Origin: Octopus sinensis
Lineage: Eukaryota
Reading direction: 5' to 3'
Assembly: GCF_006345805.1 (NCBI RefSeq)
Contig: NC_042999.1
Coordinates: 3,472,001 to 3,536,000, forward strand
Length of the DNA: 64,000 bases
Shown: positions 1 to 10,248 of the stretch, piece by piece
Numbering within the stretch: the first letter of the stretch is position 1
How the letters are laid out: each line of letters begins with the position of its first letter
The notes under the pieces: generated by a model
Told to the model about the DNA's origin: nothing
Databases searched by the model: none
The model's input: only the letters and a program-made list of their open reading frames with translations
Translations under genes and position numbers: made by a program

Positions 1-154
1 TCAGTCACTGTCCTGCCTAAAACTTATGCCAAGGATATGTCTGAGGAGCACTCAGCCACCTAACATGCTAATTCTGTGAGCAGGTGGCTCAGTCCATTAG
101 AAAACAGATTATCATTCACTGATGGAACTGAATTATTGTGATAAATATTAATGT

Positions 155-467
155 TTGTGTGTGTGTGTGTGTGTATCAGCATACACACCTACACACATAT
201 ATGGACATATGAATGTATATGTATAGATATATACACACACATATATACACATAAATGTGTGGTGTGTATGTACATGGATAGAGAAATAGATGTATAGAAA
301 TATATACATGCACACACACATATATACACATATGTATATATAGACATAAACATACTATATATACATGTGCATACACCTGGATATGTTTGCATATCTAAAT
401 GCATGTGTGTTTAAATGTACACACAATCACACACACACCGTCACACACACACCCTCACACACACACA

Positions 468-505
<38 letters not shown>

Positions 506-868
506 ACATGCACATACATTTAGATTTGTTTAATTGCACATTGATATATGTGTTTTTATATGCATAACTATATGTTGCAAGTGTGTTTTTATATATGTAT
601 AGTTACATGTGTTTATATAATATATATATACACATATATGTGTGTGTATATATATATAAACATTACATATATATAAACTTTACATATATATAAACATTAT
701 ATATGTATGTATATATATATATATAAACATTACATATATATAAACATATATGTGTGTGTATATATATATAAACATTACATATATATAAACATATAAACAT
801 TACATATATATAAACTTTACATATATATAAACATTATATATGTATGTATGTATATAAACATACTACAC

Positions 869-914
<46 letters not shown>

Positions 915-990
915 GTATACATATATATGTATATATATATATGTATATATATATGTATATAAAATAGATGAACATAAATAGATGAACATA
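155..990. repeat. Compound (TG)/(CA)/(TA) microsatellite tract
   Basis: Dinucleotide runs throughout; recurring ~20-bp unit ACATTACATATATATATAA at 655-840. Confidence 0.9.
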
Positions 991-1546
991 AATGGAATTT
1001 GTATCCTTGTGGTACCAGTGCCGGTGGCACACAAGAAAATCATCCGAACGTGGCCGTAGCCAGTACCGCATAGACTGGCCTCCGTGCTTTGGGGACGTAA
1101 CAAACACCATCCGATCGTGGCCGTCCGCCAGCCTCATCTGGCACCTGTGTCGGTGGCACATAAAAACACCATCCGAGCGTGGCCGTCTGCCAGCCTCGTC
1201 TGGCACCTGCCAGCCTCATCTGGCACCTGTGTCGGTGGCACATAAAAACACCATCCGAGCGTGGCCGTCTGCCAGCCTCGTCTGGCACCTGTGTCGGTGG
1301 CACATAAAAACACCATCCGAGCGTGGCCGTTCGCCAGCCTCGTCTGGCACCTGTGTCGGTGGCACATAAAATCACCCACTACACTCTCGGAGTGGTTGGC
1401 GTTAGGAAGGGCATCCAGCTGTAGAAACACTGCCAGATCTGACTGGCCTGGTGCAGCCTTCGGGCTCCCCAGACCCCAGTTGAACCGTCCAACCCATGCT
1501 AGCATGGAGAACGGACGCTAAATGATGATGATGATGATGATGATGA
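991..1546 (+). mobile_element. RTE LINE 3' end with tandem 62-bp units and (GAT)n tail
   Basis: Near-identical 62-bp units at 1139, 1221, 1283; conserved terminus GTTAGGAAGGGCATCCAGC...AACCCATGCTAGCATGGA...(GAT)n. The same module follows RTE coding sequence at 42270-43177. Confidence 0.8.
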
Positions 1547-1582
1547 TATATATGTATATATATATGTATATATATATGTATG

Positions 1583-1647
<65 letters not shown>

Positions 1648-1965
1648 TGTGTAAATCAAAAAATCATGGAGTTGTTATCATGAAAGAAGCTAAATCTGGA
1701 AAAAAAAAAATTAAATACAAAATGAGCAACAACAACAACAACAGCAACAACAACATCAATACCATCTTTGATGAAAAGATGAAAGAACAATAGATATAAG
1801 TATTTAGCCAACAGATTTCTTTTCCAACACCTGTTTGTTATGCCAATCGCATATCTGAGAATTAAGTGCATTATCAAAGCATTGTTTACTCGCTCAGATT
1901 ATGTGATGGTTTTGTTGTAAGTAGCATGTCAAGTTAAGTACACCGAGTTTCTATACTTAACAATC

Positions 1966-2557
1966 ATCATCATCATCATCACATCATGATCGTCCGAGTT
2001 TAACGTCTGCTTTCCATGCTGGCATGGGTTGGACGGTTTGACTGGGGACTGGTGAGCCAGAAGGCTGCACCAAGCTCAAATCTGATCTGTTTCTATAGTT
2101 GAATGCCCTTCCTTACGCCAACCTCTCCGAGAGTGTAGTGGGTGCTTTTTACATGCTACTGGCATGAGGGCTAGTCCAGCAGTACTGGCATCGATTACGC
2201 TTGAATGGTTCTTTTTATGTGTCACTGGCACAGGGGTCAGTCATGTAGCACTGGTACTGACCTTGCTTGAATGGTGGTTTTTACCTGCCACCAGCACATG
2301 AGTCAGTCAGGCGGCACTAGTATCAACCACACTCAAATGGTGCTTTTTACATGCCACCGGCACAGGAGCCAGTCAGGCGGCACTGGCATCAACCACACTC
2401 GAATGATGTTTTTGTGTCACCAGCACAGGAGCCAGTCAGGTGGTACTAGCATCAACCATGCTCAAATGGTGTTTTTTACGAGCCACCAGCACAGGAATCA
2501 GTCAGGTGGCACTGGCATCGACGATACTCAAATGCTGCTTTTTACGTGCCACTGGCC
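1966..2557 (-). mobile_element. RTE LINE 3' end, about six degenerate ~62-bp units
   Basis: (CAT)n followed by the reverse complement of the conserved terminus and tandem units. Confidence 0.75.
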
Positions 2558-2808
2558 TCTTTAATAAATCAGTTAACTAAATGATATATTGAGGGGTTGA
2601 AATAAGAATGAAGGATAGATAGCAACTTGAAAAGAAGGTATGTACTGAGGGAACCCTAATTCAAACTTGTGTTACAAGTTAATCTATATGATGTGTGAAC
2701 CACTATGTTACTGCTTGATGTGCTAGAAATGATAGCTGAATATCCCTGACATCATATCTTATTAAAATAACTCTCCATGATGTCATTTCCTGATATGGTA
2801 CCTTTTGT

Positions 2809-3018
2809 CTTTTACTTGTTTCAGTCATTAGACTGTGGCCATGCTGGGGCACTACCTTGAAGGGTTTTAGTTAAACAAATGGACCCCCCACTCCTTATTT
2901 TAATCATTTTTAAATAAAAGTTCTGGTACTTATTCTATCGATATCTTTTTGTCAGATCACTAAGTTATGGAACATAAGCCATCACTGGTCGTCAAGCAAA
3001 CACAAAGACACACATACA
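2809..3018 (-). mobile_element. SINE family A, 3' part
   Basis: CTTTTACTTGTTTCAGTCATTAGACTGTGGCCATGCTGG matches the family A tail. Confidence 0.65.
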
Positions 3019-3019
3019 T

Positions 3020-3445
3020 CAAGAAGTGCAGATCTCTAATTGTGGAAGGATTGTGTTGATGGGGTAGACCCAGGGAGACATGGGACAAAGTGGTGAGAAA
3101 GGATCTTCAGACGTTGGGCCTCACCAAGGAGATGAAAAGGGACCGAGACTTCTGGTAGTTTGCTGTGTTTCTTCAGAAGAAGTCAAGCTTAGTAAAATAC
3201 TGGTTGTCCTTGCATACAGATACGTCTCCTACATTCCTCTTCAGCTGAGCAATCCTAATTTTGCAGGTTCATTGATGCTGGTGCTGCACAAAATCACTCA
3301 ATACACTCTGTAAAGTGTTTGGTGTTAGGAAGGAGATCCAGCCATAGAAACCATGACAAAACAGACATTGGAGCCAGGACAGCTCTGCAGCTGGCCAGTT
3401 CCTGTCACACCATCCAACCCATGCCAGCACAGATAGTTATGATGG
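3020..3445 (+). mobile_element. RTE LINE C-terminal fragment plus 3' end (older subfamily)
   Basis: Manual translation KKCRSLIVEGLC*WGRPRETWDKVVRKDLQTLGLTKEM, typical of an RTE ORF end; degenerate terminus follows. Confidence 0.7.
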
Positions 3446-3504
3446 TGTGTGTGTGTCTATATATTATATATATACATATATACATATACACACACATATA
3501 TACG

Positions 3505-3895
3505 TAGAGAGACTTAGTTATTTTAATATTTCTATTATTGAAAACAAGTGGATGTATTCCACCGAAACTAGGTAAATAAAACCATCGAACAGAGATTGTC
3601 GGAAGCGACACCTACTGGCTGGCTACGCTGCATTGAAAAGGGGCAATACCCCGAAACGCGTCTGTAGCTGCCGGTCATAGTGTGGAGCGACTGACCTCCC
3701 TTGTTCGAAGGTATATGGATACAGTTTGTGTATCAAATAGCTAACTTAAGGCGATGGCCTCATGGAGCTAATAAGCGGACAGCTTTTTTCTTATTTTTAT
3801 AGAATGCCATATTAGTATGGTGATAACTATTATTTTCCGGGAACGCTGCCGCTGTTCTCTTTTAGAGAGACTTAGTTTTTTAATATTTCTATTAT
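3505..3895 (+). mobile_element. Penelope-pLTR or retrozyme-like unit (358-bp period, ~33-bp terminal redundancy)
   Basis: TAGAGAGACTTAGTT(A)TTTTAATATTTCTATTAT at 3505-3538 and 3863-3895; internal hammerhead motif; microsatellite on both sides. Confidence 0.6.
3627..3668 (+). ncRNA. Minimal type I hammerhead ribozyme, U3:A8 variant
   Basis: Stem I GCTGCA/TGTAGC, core TTGAAAA, stem II GGGG-CAATA-CCCC, GAAA, stem III AC-GC-GT, GTC cleavage triplet (3660-3662). Confidence 0.7.
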
Positions 3896-3904
3896 AATAT
3901 ATAT

Positions 3905-3938
<34 letters not shown>

Positions 3939-4480
3939 TAATAATATATTATATATTAATATAAATATATATATATATATAATATATATATTATATAAAT
4001 ATATATATATATAAATATATAAATATATATATATATATAAATATAATAATATATAAATATATATATATATATAAAATTATATATATATAAATATATAAAT
4101 ATATATATATAATATAAATATATATATATATAAATATATAAATATATATATATATAAATATATATATATATAAATATATAAATATATATATATATAAATA
4201 TATAAATATGATATATAAATATATATATATATAAATAATATAAATAATATATATATAAATATATATATATAAATATATAAATATATATATATATAAATAT
4301 ATATATATATAATATATAATATATATATATATAATATATATATTATAAGTATATATATAATATAGATATATATATACTCTATATATAATATATAATATAT
4401 CTATATATATATATAAATATATATATATATAAATATAAATATATATATATATAAATATATATATATAAATATATAATATT
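3896..4480. repeat. (TA)n/(TAAA) low-complexity tract
   Basis: Almost pure A/T for about 585 bp. Confidence 0.95.
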
Positions 4481-5778
4481 ACGCAGCTGTTACAACACAC
4501 TACGACTGGGTACTGAAACACTACTGGATCGCTCACAGGTAGATGTGGTATATCTCGACTTTGCGAAGGCCTTTGACAAAGTCGACCACGGAGTGATATG
4601 TCACAAATTACTCAGACTCGGCATAACAGGAAAAGTAGGTGAGTGGATACATGACTTCCTGAAGGACAGAAGCCAGATGGTTGCAGCCAATGGAGCCCTC
4701 TCGGGAAAGACACCAATAGCAAGCGGGGTGCCACAGGGCACAGTCTTGGGACCCTTGCTGTTTTTGGTGGCGCTCTCTGACATGCCCTTGGTAGCACAAA
4801 CAACATCCCTCACTAGCTATGCTGATGACACAAAGGTAGCACAGGCAATCAAAACCCAGCTGATGCTGACCTTTTACAACAAGATCTGGATGGCATATAC
4901 AAATGGGCTGAAGACAACAACATGCAATTTAATGCTGGTAAATTTCAAGCCTTACAATATCAAGCTGTAAACACATATACATTACAACACAACTATACTG
5001 GTCCAGGAGGGATCGAAATCCCAGTATCGAAATCAATACGGGACCTGGGGATAGACATGAGTGACGATGCATCTTTTCTTTCACACATCGCGAAGGTGGC
5101 GACAATGTGCAGACGACTCACTGGCTGGATCCTGAGGACATTCCGGACAAGAGACTGCGAGACCATGTTGACACTATGGAGGACATTTGTCCTAAGCCGC
5201 CTGGACTACTGCTCCCAACTGTGGTCACCGCATAGTGTCAAACTAACCACAGAGCTTGAGACAATCCAAAGACATTTCACCAAGAGGATTTCCACCATGA
5301 AAGAAAAGAACTATTGGGAGAGGCTTAGGGAACTCAATTTGTACTCCTTGGAACGAAGACGAGAGAGATATGCAGTGATATACATATGGAAAATCCTGGA
5401 GGGACTAGCACCAAATTTTGGAATTGAGAGCTGTTCCAATCCCCGTACAGGACGTCACTGTGTGGTGCCAAAGGTCCCGTCTTCCACATCCAGGGTAAGG
5501 AGCAGATACTGTAATAGCCTGGGGTTCAGGGGCCCTCAGCTGTTCAACAAACTGCCAAGAAAACTAAGAGATCTACATGATGCGGATGTGGACATTTTCA
5601 AAAAACATCTAGACAAGCTGCTTTCCGGGATCCCAGATGAACCCACTGCAAGGTACGAAGGTAACCTAAGGGCAGCAGCTACAAACTGGACTTAGAGAGG
5701 GTAGCAACAAGGGCGGTGCCCCAGCATGGCCTCAGCCGGATGGCTGAAACAAGTAAAAGAGTAAAAGAGTAAAAGAGA
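4481..5778 (+). mobile_element. 5'-truncated CR1-group (CR1/L2-type) LINE with (GTAAAAGA)n tail
   Basis: RT motifs YLDFAKAFDKV, SGVPQGTVLGPLLF, YADDTK; C-terminal LERRRERYAVIYIWKILEGL; tail AGTAAAAGAGTAAAAGAGTAAAAGAG; inserted in a TA tract. Confidence 0.92.
4545..5695 (+). pseudogene. Reverse transcriptase C-terminal half (LINE ORF2 remnant), frameshifted
   Basis: ORFs 4545-4970 and 4922-5695 join if one A is added to the run at 4851-4854 (IKNPADADLLQQDLDGIYKWAEDNNMQFN). Two further small indels at 4495-4525. Confidence 0.88.
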
Positions 5779-5986
5779 TATAAATATATATATATATATA
5801 CTACAAAATTAGAGAATGGAGAAACATACTTAAATCAATAAAACATCAACTATCCGATGATACCCAATCAATACTTTAATACACCATTACATATGAGTAA
5901 AGGCATTATACAAAATGAGATATACAGTAATAGTAAAAAGATAAAGAGATATAAGTAAAAAATTTCAAATATAATATGCAATTAAA

Positions 5987-6105
5987 TCAAAACTGACAGC
6001 TGTTTCGGCAGTGAGGGCAGTCATACCTCATTTAACCTCTAAGCCATAAAGGCAGGTATAAATGAGGCATTAACAAGGATGCCCCACGCCTCTTCAGAGA
6101 ATTAA
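5987..6105 (-). ncRNA. Type I hammerhead ribozyme with long stem II, in a Penelope-like relic (~5800-6235)
   Basis: Minus strand: CTGAAGA, GGC...GCC closing an ~85-nt hairpin, GAAAC-AGCT-GTC; stem I weak (2 bp, internal loop, 4 bp). Confidence 0.55.
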
Positions 6106-6264
6106 ATTAAATTTGTTATAATTGTGAAAAATATTATATAACCATATACATATAAATATAAAAATATAAAAATGTAAAATATAAAAACTTATACATCATA
6201 ATGCTACACTTATATAATATAATACTCATTGTACATATATATATATATATAAACACACACACCA

Positions 6265-6675
6265 CTGGCATTTTTCAGTTTTCATCTACCAAATCCACTC
6301 ACAAAGCTTTCGTCAGCCTAGCACTATATTAGAAGACACTTCATAGAACTTATGACAAGTGTCTTCCACTACAGCCTTGGGCCAACCGAAGCCTTGCAAG
6401 TGTATGTAGTAGATGGAAACTGAAAGAAGTCAATAGTATATACTGCATATATATCTGTGTAACTTTGTGTCTGTATTTGTTCCCCCCACCACAGCTTGTC
6501 AACTGGTCTTGGTGTGTTTACATCTCTGTAACTTAGTGGTTCAGCAAAAGAGACTGGTAGTATAAGTACCAGGCTTTAAGACAAGAAGTACTGGAGTCGA
6601 TTCATTTGACTAAAAGAATTCTTCAAGGTGATGCCCTAATATGGCTGCAGTCAAATGCCTGAAACAAGTAAACAA
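6265..6675 (+). mobile_element. SINE family A, 5'-truncated, with an inverted copy of its own 5' part
   Basis: 6265-6340 is the reverse complement of 6357-6430; body and CTGAAACAAGTAAA tail follow. Confidence 0.7.
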
Positions 6676-7224
6676 TAAATGATATATAATGATTTAATCT
6701 GTTGTACTCACTGATGAGAGGACAATTACTCCTGAAACACATAATATTCCTAGTGAGTTTTCAGTTTACTTAACAATAGCATATTTTGACATCATCTGCA
6801 ATCTATAGCTAAGACTTACAAAAAAATTAATTATACTTCTATCTACAATAAGAAACAAATTCACAACTAACATTCATTAATGATATTTTACCAGTTCCTC
6901 CCTCTCTCTTTTCCTCTCCCTCTCTAACTTTCTCAACCTCTGATTCTCGTCTTTTCTTTCTATCACTCTGTCTCTCCTTTAATTTCTTTTGACTCAGCTT
7001 TTAACCACAATTTACTTAATTGCAGAATTAAACATGCTTTATTTTTCTTTCATATACAGATTAATTTAATCTGTTGCTAGATGATGTATTAAGCAATTTG
7101 TTGTCAAATATTTATTCTCAACCTCAGACAATTATTTAAAATGTAATTTAAAATTTATTGAAAATCTGACTTTCTCTCTATTGACATTTCTCTCTGTATC
7201 TATCTGTATGTGTGTGTGTGTATT

Positions 7225-7572
7225 ATTTTCTTTTCTTTTACTTCAGTCATTTGACTGTTGGCATGCTGGAGCACTACCTTCAGTCAAACAAATCAACCCC
7301 AGGACTTAGTCTTTGTAAGCCTAGTACTTATTCTATTGATCTCTTTTGCCAAACTGTTAAGTTATGGGTACATAGACACACCAACATATACACATATAAA
7401 TATATATATTTATACGAAGGGCTTCTTTCAGTTTCCAACCACCAAATCCATTCACATGGCTTTGGTCAGCCCCAAGATATAGTAGAAGACACTTGCCCAA
7501 GGTGTCATGCAGTGGAACTGAACCTGGAACCATGTGGTTGGGAAGCAAGCTACTTACCACATAACCACTCCT
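7225..7572 (-). mobile_element. SINE family A (tRNA head, internal TA/TG microsatellite, LINE-like tail)
   Basis: Minus strand TGGTAAGTAGCTTGC...GGTTCAGTTCC head, CCTTGGGCAAGTGTCTTC core, family tail. Confidence 0.8.
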
Positions 7573-7794
7573 ATATACACACATACACAGCGGGAGAGAT
7601 ACATTATGGGATTTTCAGTTTCCATCTATGCAACCTACACTCAAGACTTTTGGACTATAGATGACATTTACATAAGTTACTGTGCAGTGGGCCTGAAGCT
7701 CATATCACATGACTGGAAAGCAAAATTCTCAACTCCATGGATATGCCTCTATACGCACACATGTATAAATATATATATATATAATTATTATATA

Positions 7795-8015
7795 TCATCA
7801 TCATTTAACGTTCGTTTTCCATGCTGACATGGGTTGAACGGTTCAACTGGGGTCTGTGAAGCCTGGAGGCTGCACCAGGCCCCAATCTGATCTGGCAGTG
7901 TTTCTACAGCTGGATGCTCTTCCTAGCGCCAACCACTCTGAGTGCTTATTATAGGCCACCAGCAAAGAGGCCAGAGGAGCTGGCATCGACCATGATCGAA
8001 TGGTGCTTTTTATGT
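7795..8015 (-). mobile_element. RTE LINE 3' end
   Basis: CATCATCATTTAACGTTCGTTTTCCATGC terminus and one unit. Confidence 0.75.
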
Positions 8016-8101
8016 AGAAGTTAAATTAGCCTCATTAAGGGATAGTAATATCCAATGAATTACTGGTTCATTACCTAACATTTGTTGTGAATAATAATAA
8101 A

Positions 8102-8248
8102 ATTCATTCGAAGGAAAATTAAGAAAATGGAGATATAGCATTTAATAAAAATTTATTATCTGCAAATTTCCAACATGTTGGATTTTTGTGGATAATAAAT
8201 TTTTATTAAATTCTATATCTCCATTTTCTTAATTTTCTTTTGAATGAT

Positions 8249-8249
<1 letters not shown>
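8102..8249. repeat. ~148-bp imperfect palindrome
   Basis: Arms GAAAATTAAGAAAATGGAGATATAG / CTATATCTCCATTTTCTTAATTTTC; centre CCAACATGTTGG at 8170-8181. Confidence 0.85.
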
Positions 8250-8297
<48 letters not shown>

Positions 8298-8300
<3 letters not shown>

Positions 8301-9124
8301 AGGGTATTCAAAAGAAAAATGAATTTTGCAATTTTATTTTATTCATTTAGTTTTACATGTTTACAGTTTTATTGCCTGTAAAGAATTCCCCATTTGAAGC
8401 AATGCACCAGTCCAGGTATGTTTTGCACTATTTGAAACAATGCTGGAACATTGCAAAGAAATGCCTTTTAACACCTCTGTCACTTTTTTTTTCTTCACCT
8501 CTTCCACACCTGCAAATTCTGTAGCACCAGATTTCATCACCAGTTATGACCTTTGAAAAATGGATTTTTTCAGTTCACGAAATGCATTCAGTCATGACTG
8601 TTTTTGATCTTCAGTGAGCAAAGTAAGGCATAAATTTTGCTGCAAATCTTTTCATTCACAATTCCTTACTCAAAATTTGTTGGCAGGAGCTCCAGGACAC
8701 ACCAGTCATATCAACACATTCATCAATTTTTCAGTGACAGTCTTCCAAATCTTCATGAATTTTCATTCATTCAGGAAATCAACAGTAGTTGTCCTGAATG
8801 AGGTTGGTCTTCAAGTGACAAGTGACCATTCCTAAAGCATGGAAACCTCTTGTAAACTTGTGTTTTGTTCATGGCAGCATCCTTGTAAGCTGTTTGAAGC
8901 ATGACAACTGTTTCGGTTGCTGTTTTCCCCCGCAGAAAGCAGAATTTCATGAAAGCACACTGTTTTTTTCATTTCAGCCTTTGCAAAAATTGACAACACA
9001 GGACGAAGCACTGCAGACTGATGCCTGAGGATCACATCAAGTGGCTTCTAGCAACAGAAGCCTGAACTACAACGGGCTTGTTCCACACAGAACACTTCCA
9101 GTTACTTTTGGTTACCCCCTTGTA
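8298..9124 (-). mobile_element. Internally deleted mariner transposon fossil
   Basis: Manual translations LLTEDQKQS, SKVITGDEIWCY, FQHCFK*CKTYLDWCIASNGEFF; degenerate TIRs TATGAGGGTATTCAAAAG / CTTTTGGTTACCCCCTTGTA. Confidence 0.8.
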
Positions 9125-9144
9125 TATCTATATATATATATTCG

Positions 9145-9441
9145 AGCGAGGGTGTAGCCAGTGCCGCTGGACTGGCTCCTGTGCAGGTGACACATAAAAA
9201 ACCATTTGAGCATGGCTGTTGCCAGTACCGCCTGACTGACCCTCATGCTGATGGCAAGTAAAAGCATCCACTATACTTTCGGAGTGGTTGGCATTAGGAA
9301 GTGCATCCAGCTGTTGGAACTCTGCCAGATCAGATTGGAGCCTAGTGCTGCCATCTGGCTCACCAGTCCTCAGTCAAACCATCCAACCCATGCCAGCATG
9401 GAAAGCGGACGTTGAACGACGACGACGATGATGATGATGAT
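9145..9441 (+). mobile_element. RTE LINE 3' end
   Basis: Tandem units, conserved terminus, (GAC/GAT)n tail. Confidence 0.75.
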
Positions 9442-9834
9442 ATATTAATACAGAGCAAATAATTCATGAGAAAAATAATTCACGGAAAAATAATTTGAGA
9501 AGATCATTGACTCTGTTATTATCTAGTGTAACAATTTAAAAATGATAATTACAGAATCAATAATATAGGCTATTGCAGACACCCAAAAGGCATTAAATAG
9601 CTGAAGGATTAAAATTAATCAAAGGACTTAGTAAATATGTCTACCGTCTGGAAATAACAGTCAAAACTCTCATTTAAATTGCCAAAATACACTGATAATA
9701 ACTACAGAAATCAACTATCCGAAGTTAAACAGGCTAAAACAATCTCTCAGCATACATTCAAGTATTTAGACTGACGTGGACCAGTTTCTGGACTGGAATA
9801 ATGGCCTAACCTACATTGATAAGATGCCAAGTGA

Positions 9835-10248
9835 ACTTTACTCTTTTACTCTTTTACTTGTTTCAGTCATTTGACTGCGGCCATGCTGGAGCACCACCTT
9901 TAGTCGAGCAAATCGACCCCGGGACTTATTCTTTGTAAGCCCAGTACTTATTCTATCAGTCTCTTTTGCCGAACCGCTAAGTGACGGGGACGTAAACACA
10001 CCAGCATTGGTTGTCAAGCAATGCTGGGGGGACAAACTAAACACACAAACACACATACATACACACATATATATATACATATATACGACAGGCTTCTTTC
10101 AGTTTCCGTCTACCAAATCCACTCACAAGGCATTGGTCAGCCCGGGGCTATAGCAGAAGACACTTGCCCAAGGTGCCACACAGTGGGACTGAACCCACAA
10201 CCATGTGGTTGGTTGGCAAGCTACTTACCACACAGCCACTCCTGCACC
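9835..10248 (-). mobile_element. SINE family A, full length
   Basis: Head (A-box-like TGGCTGTGTGG, B-box-like GGTTCAGTCCC), microsatellite middle, (GTAAAAGA)3 tail. Confidence 0.85.

Noticed and set aside
176-1103. YI/CV/HT-rich ORFs here and at 3991-4536, 24972-25584, 28373-29210, 32197-32622, 43830-44333
   Set aside because: Translations of TA/TG/CA microsatellites; no protein-like complexity.
1139-1345. Regular 62-bp repeats suggesting a CRISPR array
   Set aside because: Units are contiguous with no unique spacers, belong to an RTE 3' UTR, and the DNA is eukaryotic.
992-1521. Overlapping GC-rich ORFs on both strands, and similar ones at 42720-43157, 46689-47216, 61397-61676
   Set aside because: Stop-poor by composition of the tandem units; not coding.
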